A DNA stretch of 51,276 bases from Macrostomum lignano (GCA_002269645.1 NIVC01004302.1:1-51276), one strand, 5' to 3'; counted from the stretch's first letter, positions 1 through 14,400 are shown. A program made the numbers and translations. Notes: generated by a model from the sequence alone, not told the origin.

Positions 1-584
1 AAACATGAAAATTCCGATTGTAAACAAGAATAATCAAAAAAGATAACGAGGCAATAATTACGCTACCTGCAGACTCCAGAAGTCAAGTCTTTTTGGTAAC
101 ACTTGACGCGAAACTTGAAACAGTTAAAAAATCCAGGGACGGGCCATAAATTATAAAATATCGAGTATGAACAACGAATAAAGCAAATTAACAGCAAGCA
201 ATTAAAAACAGCTATGAGAAGATCAGATATACTTATAAAAGAGTATAAGAGCAGCGACGAACACGAAAAGTGGACACACAAACACGCACATTGGATATTT
301 GGTGCAAATTAACAATAATAAAAGCTTTATTATTACTCGTAATATTATTTAATTTTTCCCAAGCCTAAATTAGCATTATAATCCAGACAAAGCTGTTATT
401 GTTTCTAACAAGAAAAGTGCAAATGCGGCGGCCAATATTAACAAAAAATCGCTTACGCTTGTCTAGTTTTCACTTTGGAAACCGGAAATTTTTCAGAATG
501 CGCCAAGCAACGTCAAAGTAACGAAAGTTTTCGCCTCTGAAAAGTCTATTTTGGATACCCAGATTGACATTATCTTAGATCATC

Positions 585-1838
<1,254 letters not shown>

Positions 1839-1927
1839 CTATGTCGTTATCTAAAGACTTTTTGGTTAATATCTGTAATTTCCAAACGCGAAAATTTTAA
1901 AGAGCGCCAAGAATCAATGCCAAGCGG

Positions 1928-4900
1928 TTAGAAATCTTGTTTGGTGCGTTTAGCGGCCGGCGGCCCGTCCTGGCTGGCGTCCTGGCAGGCGGACATCAGG
2001 TCGCTATTAGTGTTGTCCTCGCTGGGTCCGCCGGGGCCCTGGCAGCTGCCGGCGGTGAACTCGGTGCCGCCCGACTTGCTGTCGTCGTCCATCAGCAGGT
2101 TGGTCGGCGGCGAATTGTTGGAATCGCCGACGCCCAAGCTGCCGCCCAAGCCGATGTTGGAGTCGCCGTTAGCCGAGTCCAGATCGACATCTAGGCCGGT
2201 TGGCGCTGAAGAAGCCGCCGCCGCTACCGCTGAAGCGGACGACATCGGAGCAATGATGCTGCTAGTGTCCACGGCTGCCGCGCTGTCAACGGCGACAGCG
2301 GCCGCGGCGGCGTCTGCGTCCGCTGCTGCTGCAGCTACGGCGGCGGCGGCCGCCGCCTCGTCCGGCGTGGCCGAGGAGGCAGCCTCGGGGCCGGACAGGG
2401 CAAAGCGGGCCTTGTCGGACACCTGGTAGGGCTTGGGCTTGTGCCGGGTGAAATTCTGTTCGGCGGCTGGAAGTTCGGGGATAAGAGAAGATTGCTATGT
2501 ACTGTTAGTGTCACCTCGGGGTGATCGGCGGGTGCAGATTTGAAAATTCAGGTGACCTTGAAAATCGAATCATTTAAATAATCGACTATAGTGAATGTTA
2601 CTGTAATAAACATTGCTTGCGTATCTCACTTACATGGAATCCATTTGTACACGGTTAAACTTGTGTCCTTGATGTGCACCCATTTCTTCTCCCTAAAGTT
2701 TAATAGGAATAAATAAAGTTGTCTTATTAGTATTGGTATTAGAAATTATTTATGTTGAACTTTCTCTATTATACAGAAATAAAATTCATGATTGATTAAA
2801 AAACTTGTAAAGTTGCAAAAGTACACTATGCACTTTGTGCAAATTCACAAGACACCTTTAAAATAACGATTGGCATCATCGGCAAAAGCTTACGACTGCA
2901 GCAACCATCTAAAAACGTTTCATTTTAAAGTTTTATCTCAAAGTGTATTAAAGTCTAAGATTAACTAAAAACTGGACAAAGCGTACAAACATTTAAAAAC
3001 ATTTTGGACTTCGAAAAGTCACTGTCCAGCGTTATAAAAGTGGTAAATCAACTCGGGTTATACTTCAAGAAGTCCTTGAACTCGGATCGGAAGAAATATT
3101 TTGCACATAAAATCATTCCCTTAGCCCTACTTAGCAAAGTCAATAAAAATTAAAGTGTGCTATAAGTGGACGTCAATCTATTGCATAAACAGTTCCTTAA
3201 GCAATCCTACCGAGTGGCTGTTAGAATTTTTTTTAAATTACAGCTGAATAAAAACACTAATATATGCTATTATTGTGGCTAAGCATACGTACCCAAAAAA
3301 CTTCCATTACTTTATGGTACAACACTATGAAATAAAAAATCAGGACCATCCGTCATGAGTTTGGTCAGAATTCATCCAGATCTACTACGAAAAGTTGGAA
3401 CAGCACGTAGTTCTAATAAACAAAGCATGCTGCAACAGCATATGGCTTACTTTTACTAGTCTCGCATAGAGTGGACGGAACAAGAGGTTTACTCAGCAAT
3501 ATACGCTGAAAACGGTGCAATGATGCGTACTCTCTGCGATGCAGACAGATACTTCTAATGGGCAGTGCGAACGCACAAAAGTACCAATAGACTGGATAGA
3601 TCGAACCATTCTTGTAAGGAGATGAAGGATGAGCTAGGAAGGAGAGAAGTTTTGAAAATTATTCTATAATACTTCAAGAGCAGCGGCTCCAGCCAAAGAG
3701 TGGGCGGGCCGAGTTCATTCAAACTGGGAGATGGTGCTCGTTTCCAGTGCAATTAGGTTAAGCTGCTGGCTGAAGCTATCAACTGCATTAGGCAAGGAGC
3801 GAGGGATACCAAGTGGACCTATAGTGGTAAGGAAGAAGGCGAGAGCTGCTCGATTCGTAAATAATGCATCCGTCCCTTGGCAGAGAAGCAAGTGAACGCT
3901 GAACAACTTAGAGCTACGCTGAGGCAGAGGAAATGGATTGGATATGACAGGCTTATTTTGCAGTTGCATTCCTGCCATAATCTCTAAGCATATTATTCTA
4001 TAGTATTTCTGTCGCCTTGTCGATCAGCATTAGAGAGTGCAGACAGCTCAGAGTACCGGGACCAAGACAGAACAGAGAAGGCAAAGTTTAATACTTGTAC
4101 ACTTCGCGTCTCCAACTCATGCCGCTCAAAAATCTACGAGGGTTTTAATACATAATTATCGCCTGATTCGCGGCAAAAATCGAACAGTACTCAGGTACTC
4201 GTACAAGATAAAAAAATCAATTTTCCCAATACAAAGCTGGGCTTCCTGGAGGGCGGATTGACTCAATATTTTTTGACAATCTCAAAGCCCCAGTGCTTCA
4301 TTGAAAATTCAAATACTGCAATTTCTTGGTTCGCCTCGCGGCTATTTAGGGTAGTCGAATTTTTAACTTTTTAAGCAAAAAATATAGTGGGATGCCGATG
4401 CCGGAATTTATCCGCTACTTATTTCCGTAGGGAAATTTCACAAAGTCCTCCTTGCACTTTTGCCTGTCGCTGTTCATTGAATACTCGTTAGTTGTTGATT
4501 TTTCTTTATTATTCCTCATTCCATCGAGCCTGCCCATTTTGGTTGGCAATCGAATGTTCGAACAGTTTTCTTTCCAAGCAGTTTTGCCGAGGATGCATTT
4601 GGGGCGAGATTTTTCGCGATCGAAATCAATGGGCGGGCTATAGGAAGGAGCCCCGAGGTCACTAGATTGCATTGGCCTGCCTGCAAGAACAGTCAGTAGT
4701 AGCAGAAGTCGCACCAGTCTGTCATCGACTGGCAACATTTCGGACTGCCCGCCCAAGTACAAAACGCCGCAAGAAGCTGGCAAAGCCGGCCCTAAGGCAA
4801 CTGAGGGCAATCTGTCTTGGCTTCTCGTATGCCGCGGCTTATACGCAGCAATAGCTCGAACACAGTCCCAATCATTACGTTGGCTTCATCCCTGGTAGAA

Positions 4901-7900
4901 AATATTTATTAATTCTGCCGCGTCGCCTGACGGACGAAAAATCGAGGCAAAAAAGAAAAAAATGAAAAAATTCGTAGTAGAGACATGCGCCGACAGATGC
5001 AGATTTGATCGAGCCCGAACTATGAACAGGACAGCAATTCAAATAACCCTTTTCTCAAGGTCTCGTCCATCTCGCCGCAATTATTGATTAAAGGCCACAC
5101 TTGCTCAATGCAGAGTGAGGAAAGTGTATAGCTGAATTTTTTCGGACCCTTCCATTTCTCTGACTGAGTCACTTGACTGAGACAACTCCTACTGCCAATG
5201 CCCTCTAGATGCAATTAGAAATCTGTCTGACACTTTTTAGTCAAAGTTTTAGGAGGGTGCACTATAGAAGGTGAATGGGATTAGCAGCCAATGGTAAAGT
5301 GACTATCTCTAGCCTTTATAAGGCACTCGAAAGTCTCTAGGACAGGCTGGAGGCATATGCGAATGAATATTGAATATTTAAGTGCCATGCACGTTTAAAA
5401 AATTCCAGGGCAGGCAAAAGTGCATACGTAACTTAAATAAATGACGCGTTCTAGAGTTACAAAATCATGCGCAGCAAATGACGGTTCAACGAAATTTAAG
5501 GCGAAACCACAACTGGAAAGCCAAAGCCCAAATGGGAATTTGACCATTCTCTTGTCTCGTATGATTAATACCCAGCAACAATAATAATTTGCAAACCAAA
5601 TACAGTCGAGACTTCTAATCCCTACCGTCCAAAACAGGCAAAGCCCTTGCTTCCAATAGAAAGCTTATCAGCTTAATTTCCTCTACGTTTTTGGCTTAGG
5701 GTCCCTTCAAAACAGCTTGCGGTTAGGAAGCTAATGCAAGACGTGCTGCTCAGGCCTATTTCTCTTCTCTTCAATAATTCCCTTGGCATTCCCTATTATT
5801 TTTTCTTTCCATACGGCCTTCTCTGGAGAGCTAAGTCACCGGAACTTTGCAGTGGAATTACTGAAAATCCAGCACAAACAGCCTCTGCTTCGCCGGCGAT
5901 TTTTACCCTCTTCCTACCCTATAGTATCTCTGACTACCAACTCCTTCCCTCTGCGAAGTTGGTCCATCGACCAGTGCATGACTCAGCGATAGCGTGCTTC
6001 TATCCATACAAGGAGAAATGCAATAAGAAGCCTACTTAGCTGCAGTGCACGATCAACTAGCTAAATCATCCGACCAGTTTTCCTTATCGCTTTTGCATCG
6101 ATGCCCTGTCCGGCCGCTGTCGCCTGTCTCTCTTTTCATTTGATTGCCATAACCATCCTTACAGACAGCACTGCCTTGCCCATACTTCAACATCAGGTTT
6201 AGCAATACAAACTTTTTACTTCTCGAAGTAAAAAATACAGATGACAGACAGGCAACAAATATAAAGTTGTGTCCACTATAATATAATACTGCATTTGAAT
6301 AGAACCAAATTTGTATTCGGCCAAAGAACCGCGCTGGAATGCGAAATATTCGATTCAGGCCTATAGTCCTGCCAGTCAAAGATGATGCCGAGTGCTAAGC
6401 AGCATAATCCTAAACTCCGGCCATAAAAGAAAGCCATCATCTGTTTTTATGGCAGAAAAATAATGGCACGCTTCTTTTTAGTCTTTCTGAATCGCCGCAC
6501 ATAAAATATGATTGCTTTCTTTGAGCCACTGGCAGCCTCAACGGTAATAAATAAAGCCAAAAAGGCAAAGATAAGCATGCTCCCAATACCTTTTCTGTTT
6601 GCACGTAGTTCAAACAGTATTTTACTTAGTAATACACAATAAAAGCCAGCGAATTTTTATTGCGTAGCTTCAACTTCCAAGTCAAGCATAAGAAGGGACC
6701 AAACGTCGGATGCATTCAACTGGTTAATCGGATCGAAGAAACTCTTTCTACATAGAAACCGTGTTCTCATCTGGTCATCTATGCTTTTCATCGATCGATA
6801 GTCAATACTTAATTTTTATAATTCCTAAGAGGCAACTTTTTTATGCAGCAAGCGATAACACGAGCTGAACTCGTTGACACTGTATCGTAACTTTTTAGAA
6901 AGACGGAAATAGGGCATCTCCAGCAATACAAACTTAAGAATATCTTTAATTTTTTTAAACGCACACAAGCACTCGCGACACCCGCGATTCGCGATTCTTA
7001 GTCAGCAGTAGCTGCTACAGAAGTTGTGTAGATTGTAAAGCTAAGAAACAGAAGAGTAGAATCGCAGAAGGATTGGTCCACGGAGGAAAGGGTAGACTTT
7101 AAGAAAAGAGTGTTAAGGCAACGGACAGAGCGGGAAGCGGAGAGAAAACATGAAGGCATGGATATGGAGGGGTGGTCGGGTACCCGGGGTGGATAGGTTC
7201 GCGGCACAAGCAACGCAGTGGTCAGAAGGGCATGGCGCCGAAGAGAAGGGGAAGTGGAGAATGTGGGGCAGGAAGGAGACAGACAAGGCGGCAAGTCGAC
7301 GACAGACTACACGTCTACCTCCCTCCCCATCGCTCCTTCCCAGCCGGCTACCTACCCGGAAGGTATTAAAAAGAGCGCAATGTGTCACGAAGTCAGCCAT
7401 CTAAGCTGCCTGTCTTTCTCTTGCTTTAGCCAACTGTCTTTTCCGCCCACCAGTCTGGGGGTGTGAGAAGAAACACCGCAAAAAACGGCATATGAATTAG
7501 CTGCTGCCCAAGCTGAAAGCCGAATTAACGCGCCGTAACTCGAGCAGGGAAGCCGGACTTCTAACCATTGCTATCATGACTAAAGAAAGAAAACTCTGCA
7601 ACGGCGACGCTCCGCAGGAAAAGTCCGTGTACGATCAGCAGCGAATAGCCCGGCCGGCAATTTACATGTACTGCGGCCGGGCCAGCTTCGGCATCGGCGT
7701 TCTCTGCATGCTGGCCGAGGTGTCCGTATTTATTATAAAGCGCGGCCTCACCTCCATGGGCATCGGTATCTGGACTGGGGCGCCGTTTGTTCTACTCGGC
7801 GCTGTAACCATGGCAGTACCCAAGACGCGCACCGTATGCTCCATTAATACCTGCCTAGTTTTTTGTGTCGCTTCATTGGCGATTGCATTTATTGGCGTGC

Positions 7901-10900
7901 TGCTCTGCATCGCGCACATACTGGAGTTGAGTCTCATTCTACAGCAGCAGTACACGCCGAGTCCAAATTTTGAGCTACACTGCCGAGGCTGTGGGCATTA
8001 CATTGTGATAAAAGAGACTGGCCAGATTGGCCTGCTGCTGCTGCAATCGCTCGTGTCGGCCATACTACTCTGCTTCGCGTACAAGGACTGCCTGTGCTGC
8101 CATCCGACCGAAACACATCTGGTGACCGCCTCCACCCTGTGCACGCGGGAGTCTCCCTAGTGACCGAGAATCAGAATGCCGCTTGTCCCTCGCCCACCTG
8201 TTCAGTAAGACAGATTCGAGCCTACCAACAGCAGCTGCAGCAGCACCAGCAATACTCTCCGCATCAGCCGCAGATGCGTCAGCAGCAACAGCTACATCAT
8301 CCCCACCAGCAGCTGCAACAGTTACATCTGGTCCAACAACAGCAACCGCAGCAATATGGATATGGCAATCACAGTAATATCGCAACGGATTCTGCCCAAT
8401 CACCAATGCCTTGCTCGTCATCAGCGCCTACTATACACAAGAACTATGCAACAACGCACATGTACTTCGAGTTGTAACTGCTGTCCTCTCATTATTTGAT
8501 TCTATGCTGTGTCCCATTGGACCCATTTTTTACACAAAAAACGCACTATACTACTGTCTATATCAAAAGCATTGGATGGCCACAGACATCGAAATTTAGT
8601 AAGCAGAAAATCACTAAGCAAATTAAAAATACCAAGGTCTATGATAAATCTATATAAACATGGGCAGTGAAAACATTTGTTCTTGTAACTGTCTATTGCC
8701 ATCAAATGATTATTGAAATGCAAAATATTATCTTTGAAACATTTAAGTTATTACCATAAACTATGCTTGTATCTCATACCTTTTGCAAAAATGTATTTAT
8801 TCAGTATCTTCAAAAAAGAAGATGAAATAAATATAAAAATGATATTATTATAAAGACTTGCTAACATCAAGTGAAAAAAAGGTATATAAAAATTCAATTT
8901 TAAAATTGTATTACAATGTTTAAAACAGTAACCCTTTTGACAAAAGTAAATCAAAAGTATTATTATATACGGTTGCAAGAATGCATCAAGAAATTTTTCA
9001 TTTAAACTGTGCTAAAATGCTAAATACTTGCAATATTGAAAAATGAAAATCTATAAATGCAAGAACTTAATTACAACTTAATTACAACTGAATACAATTA
9101 TAAATTGTTCTTTTTACAATTAAATAGTTTTTTTAATTAATTGACCTTGACATTTATATTTATTCAATTTGCTGTACTTTTTAAAAAGCATCCATTCATG
9201 CTATATAGCTGCTAACTACCCCCTAACTTAACTAAACAAAACCTTAAAATTAATAAAATCTTACCTCAAATATGCAACTGAGTACCCTTTTTTAAAGTAA
9301 ACAAATTACTATTACTCTCTCAGAATTACTATTGACTAGGTCTTCTAAAAATATAAATAGAAACAAACTGGTTGATAATCCAACAAATTTTCAACTTTAA
9401 ATTTTAATTTAAAAAACTTTTAGTTTGAGACTTAGAAACTGTTTTAAGAACTATGAATTTTTCAGAGTGAAATAAAAGGAAATACCATATATACTACTAA
9501 TATGTAGAATACTAAGAAAGAGACTAAAGTAAAACAAAATAGACCTTAGAAATAAGAGTACATATAAAGAATTAAAAACTCTGTGACCCACTAATCTTGG
9601 TAATGCTTAAGGACTGGATATGTTTCAATACCTAGAAACAAAGAAATATTTATACAAATAATTCCAAGAAATATATTCTAGATCAGGGCAAAAATAAACT
9701 GCTTAATACATAATAAGTGAGAATGTTACTGATTTAGAAGTAAGAATGAAATTAGTAAGAATTAAACAAATATTCAGATTAAAATAAAATAAAAAATATA
9801 AAGAAACAATAAAATATTTTGCAAACACAAGAAACTAATAGTGAGCTCTGAATTGTAATATGATATATAAACTAGCACAATTCAATGTGCCTTTTGACAA
9901 GCTAACAGCAGTGACATAGCCAGGATTTCTTTCTGGGGGAGGTCACAGTCAGTCACAGGCTCACAGCAACAACTGAGGGCAGGGGGTGCTAGGCCTCAGC
10001 AATGGGGGATGGGGCCTGAAAATTTGGCCTGGATCAGCTGGCTGGGGGGGAGGGGTCATGGGGGTCTATGCCCCTGGCTAGCAGCAGCTTATCAAAACTG
10101 ATTGTGATATAACCTAGAGAATAATAGCCTACAGAACTATGGCTTGAGGTACTAATATCAGGGTAAAAAGAGATTAGAATTTATCTTCTTTTATACTAAA
10201 AAATTGTTTTTGGGCAACTAACCAACTAACTAGCCTTTAGCCTTTGAATTTTAGATTTCATTATGATGCAATAGCAAAAAAAATTAAAGTGCAAATAGTA
10301 ATATTATAAAAGTTGTTTGTGTGGTATAGCATACATGCGCAACCCTCTGATTTATATTGGCTTGTATTTACTTTTTGACAAAAAATGTGACTTACCTATG
10401 AAAGAAACACTATATAGTAAAAAGTAATGCAATTTTGGGTAAATGGCAAGAGTAACATGACTGTCTTATTAGGGCTAAATGCCTTGTTATCTAATTGAAG
10501 CATATATGGCTGATTTTGTCATCCTCTAATCAATAGGCGGAGTAGCCGCAATGTAGGCACTAGGACTAGGTTTAGGATAGGCGTAAGGTCAAAGGTTCAA
10601 ATCTGCCTCCCTGGCAGATAATTAAAATTAAATTCATTCATTCATTTGTAGCTTGGGCCTTGACTGATTGGAACTTTTTTGATTAATTTCAATTGAAACA
10701 TTTTTAATTAATTAGCAGTTCCACAATTTGATTTGTAAAAACTGCTTTGAGTATAACTGATCTCATCAATGGCTATTGTCTAGCTCCATAAAAGTACAAA
10801 ATTACTAAACTGCAGACAATGGTGCTAAATTTGTTAAAGGTAGTGCTAAATGCTGAGCTTTTTAAAACTGCCAATATGTGTCGAAAATTGATTAGTGAGC

Positions 10901-13900
10901 CATAAAATGCTGAGCAATTGAGCAAATTGCAGTTTTCTAAGGGGACTGAGGTGCTGGACAAAGAAGAACTGCAGACTGTGAATTAGTTCCTCTAGACTTA
11001 AATCTAATTTATAGATTTCACTTAACTGAGCATTGGCTCTGCCTGTATGCAACCCGTGCACTGAGTAGCCTATCATTGCTATGTATTTGATTGCAGTGCC
11101 AAAGAATATATGGCTGATTTTGTCACCCTCCAATCAATAGGCGGAGTAGCCACACTGTAGGCACTAGGACCAGGTTTAGGATAGGCGAAAGGTCCCAGGT
11201 TTGAGTCTACCTTGCAGCGGACTATTAAAATTGGGCACCCAAAGGGGGGCCACACTAGATTTGCTAGTACATAAGACTATAAATGCAGTTTCCCTTGTTA
11301 AATTATTTTTTGTTTAAATCCATGCTCGTTTTAGCTGCAAAGATATAGCTAGGCATCCACCTACACTAACAACAATAATTCTAATAGGTGATCTTTGATA
11401 ACTAGCCAAACTGTATGATCTGGATGTTTTGCACTAGTAGGAATTATATAAAACATATATTCTATGATACAGTGGCTAGGCCTAGCCAAGTATTAGGCCT
11501 GGCTGATATATAATTTGGTTAACTTAGTTAATTTTATCTCCAAAATATTAATATCATGTAATTGTATGAAATATATGTATAATTTAATATGAGAAACTGA
11601 ATTTATGCTTGCACAAATACTTACTAGGTTATACTGAATTCATTAACAAATTAATTTTATTATTATCGAAGGGAACCAAAAAGAATGCCAAATTCATTAA
11701 TATATCATGAATTATATAATTAGCAAAATAGATAAATTCATAGTTTTTGACAATTAAAACTAATATTTCATTCTAATGTGCATATATTTTAATTGTACCA
11801 AAATATTTATATTACATGTTTATCTAGATTGGCTATTGCTAAATACTACCTTTAGCAATATAAAAATTATATAGTCTAACTCTACACTCTTACTATGCTT
11901 TGCTACTCCTTACCTTGACTATCTTTGACCCATATGCTTTGTGCAACTCATTAATAGAGGTCTTATAGGATCCCAATCCCAGATCCTAAAATCCTGGGAT
12001 CCCAAGAAAAATTATATTTCTGCGGGACCAGGATCTTGACCCTAAAAAACACAAGAATTGGGAACAGGTCTTTTGATCAAAAGTTTATAGAATTAGTAAT
12101 TATTTAAATGTATTTTGTTTTAACTTGCATTCATTATATCATTACTTTGTTCATTACAAAACTTTGCATCAATTTTGTTGTGTTTTACTTATGATCTTGA
12201 CATTTTTTGCCCAATTTTGTTTAACTTTATATGGACTTACAAACTACAATACACTAAAAGACCTGATCTCAATTCCCAAATCCCAATCCCAATAAAAAAC
12301 ATTCCCAATCCCAATCCCACCTGAAGATTTCAATCCCATCTGACCTCTACTCATTAGTGCCAATGCATCTAAGGTAGCATGCATTAAAATGTAACTTACT
12401 AATATACAATAGATGGATATATTGGATAAGATGTTTAACAGGTTAGTGTTTTGCCTATTGTTACTATATCAAGCTATACATGCGCAACTGCTAGCCAACC
12501 TAGCTAATCTAGCTATTATAAATTACGATAGACCAAAGGTAAGTCACAAAAATTCCTATCCCAAAGAATATACTAATTAGATAACAAGACATTTATCCTT
12601 AATAAGACAGTTATAGTTATTTATATTGGTTACCCAAAATTGCATTGACTTGGTTTAGGGTTTCTTTTGTAAGTCACATTTTTTGGTCAAAAAGTAAGTT
12701 GCATAGCCAGTACAAATCAGGGAAATAAGGCATATGTATATCAAACTATATTATAGGGCATTTTGAACTTTTTTCCATTAAATATATCCATTAAACTTTA
12801 ACCAAAATTTCACCACTGCTTTATATTTATCATTGGAAAATATATTGGATAATTGGATAATTGTAGACCAGTGTGCGGATCATGTATCAGTATATACCGG
12901 ACTAAATTTGGGCGTCAAGGACTTTGTATGCCAATGTATGCCAAAAACAAAATGTTGCGCTAAAATGTCTGCCAAAAATACTTAAAAAAGGTAATACAGT
13001 TTTTACGAGTAGAGTTTTCTAAGAAAGGCTTTTGTGTAAAATGTGTTTTTAAAATATTATGAATATTTTCAATTTAAACTAACTTAAATTATACCTACAA
13101 AAAATTTGATGCAAAATTATTACTCTTAGCAAAAATTCACAATAATTTTATTCATTGTTAATTTCAAAGGTTCAAAAATTTTATCACTGACAATACAAAT
13201 TTTCCGTTACTTTACATAAAAATGTTAATTTACATTACAATTTTCATGCATGGCATGAATTTATTCACCAAAATTTGTATGCCAAAAAAGTATGCCTGGC
13301 TGTGTTAGTGTTACTTATGTACACCAATAGTGTATGCCAACAAAGTTTTGCCAGGGGTTGTGTACGCCAATTGTGTACGCCAAGGACTTAGGGTGGCTGT
13401 TTTGTACATTGGAAAAGTTCCGGCGTAAATGCATACCATCCGCAACCTAGATTGTAGACAAATTACAAAAGTCTATAGGCTATGTTTTTAGGTAAAACTT
13501 TATAACTTTATAATTGTTTTATAGTTATCATCAACAATTATCATTGACCTTACAATGCTAAAAGTTAATAATATTTTCATTTAAAAAAAATAATTTAACG
13601 TGTGAAACTACATGATATAATAGCCTAAATTGGTAACAGATAATTGACTAGATATTATAATTTATAGTATCTGGCCTAGGCAAAGTTTTCATGTATTTTC
13701 ATGTACAAAAGGCTCTAGCCAAATTTTGACAGACAGTTCTTGCATTAAGAAATAGTGTAAACATTCTTTATAAATTGCCATAAAAATACCTCCTCTATGT
13801 ATTGTGGCTAAAGCCTATGCCATGGTCCAACACATAACATAATGCAAGTAAAAACAGTGTTTGCATCCAAAAAATTATGTCTGACACCTATACCTACCAT

Positions 13901-13989
13901 TTTCTAACATGTTCAATAGTCGAAACAATTTTTTTCAGGTCTTCTTTAGCTTTGCTTCTTGTCTCAGATCTAAGTCCGCGGCTAAACAT
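1928..13989 (-). CDS. BCL7: BCL7-family SWI/SNF (BAF) subunit, 4 exons, 243 aa
   Basis: Exons 13989-13898, 2692-2634, 2556-2515 and 2466-1928. All introns are GT-AG with matching phases, totalling 732 nt. Protein: MFSRGLRSETRSKAKEDLKKIVSTIEHVRKW|EKKWVHIKDTSLTVYKWIP, matching the BCL7 N-terminal domain (ETRSRAKDDIK...VRKWEKKWV...YKWVP), then an Ala/Ser/Asp-rich tail ending PPAAKRTKQDF. Confidence 0.93.
7576..8477 (+). CDS. MS4A/CD20-like four-transmembrane protein with Gln-rich C-terminal tail, nested antisense in BCL7 intron 1
   Basis: ORF 7576-8160 has four hydrophobic segments, the CD20-family-like GIGIWTGAPFVLLG motif and a Cys-rich post-TM4 segment (CLCC). The overlapping ORF 8094-8477 supplies a Q/H-rich tail ending HMYFEL. 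The two join either by a 53-nt intron (GT 8122 to AG 8174) or by one missing A in GAAA(A)CAC near 8112. Confidence 0.75.
10502..10628 (+). mobile_element. tRNA-derived SINE-like head, copy 1
   Basis: GGCGGAGTAGCC...GGTTCAAATC (B-box-like at 10594-10603). About 125 bp is similar to 11105-11232. No intact cloverleaf. Confidence 0.45.
11105..11232 (+). mobile_element. tRNA-derived SINE-like head, copy 2
   Basis: Diverged copy of 10502-10628; its B-box-like site reads GGTTTGAGTC. Confidence 0.45.
11955..12349. mobile_element. hAT-type MITE
   Basis: Termini TAGAGGTC / GACCTCTA form a perfect 8-bp inverted repeat. Flanks CTCATTAA (11947-11954) and CTCATTAG (12350-12357) match at 7 of 8 positions as a TSD. 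Subterminal AATCCC/GGGAT repeats; no ORF. Confidence 0.7.
12869..13450. mobile_element. non-autonomous DNA transposon (MITE) with 9-bp TSD
   Basis: Direct repeat ATTGTAGAC at 12860-12868 and 13451-13459. Imperfect TIRs CAGTGTGCGGAT / ATCCGCAACCTAG. TGTA(T/C)GCCA subterminal repeats near both ends. Confidence 0.65.
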
Positions 13990-13999
13990 AGTGAACGAA

Positions 14000-14400
14000 A
14001 AACTAAATGGGAAATTGCCTTGAATTTAAAGATTAATAAACAAATAAAAATAATTTGCCAGTGAACAACGATTTGACGTTGTCGAAGAAAGTCACATGTT
14101 GAATTTTAGTTACAGAAAACTGTTTTAAACAAAAAATACTCTTATTTATTTAAAGTAAACAACTTTTTTATTTCATTTTTATTTAACTAAGTTTTTTAAT
14201 TAAATTTATTTCACAATAATAAATATAACTTTACTTATCGTAAATACATATGGCGCGTGCGACCGCCGTGATAATAAAAAATGGTACGATCTACTTTTCG
14301 CATGACGTGAGCGTACGTGCTATTATTTACAGGTAATAGTAGAGTTCTTTATCATCCAATCGAGTATCTTTACCCTGGCCAATGTCGTGACTTTTGCTGC
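14000..14400. promoter_or_regulatory. candidate bidirectional promoter between BCL7 (-) and ELOVL (+)
   Basis: CpG-rich patch (GGCGCGTGCGACCGCCG; CRE-like TGACGTGA at 14303-14310) within CpG-poor DNA, just upstream of the BCL7 ATG. Possible donor of a non-coding ELOVL exon, CAG|GTAATA, at 14332/14333. Confidence 0.5.

Noticed and set aside
63-545. 72-aa ORF and CpG-rich stretch (possible promoter or first exon of a minus-strand gene leaving the window)
   Set aside because: No recognisable protein motif and too little context at the window edge.
3555-7466. Assorted 60-110 aa ORFs, including LLRPISLLFNNSLGIP at 5734 resembling a LINE RT fragment
   Set aside because: No coherent domain motifs or splice-linked chain; the resemblance is too short to support a call.
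9909-10085. hAT-like element starting CAGTGACATAGCCAGG
   Set aside because: The right TIR is degenerate and no convincing TSD was found.
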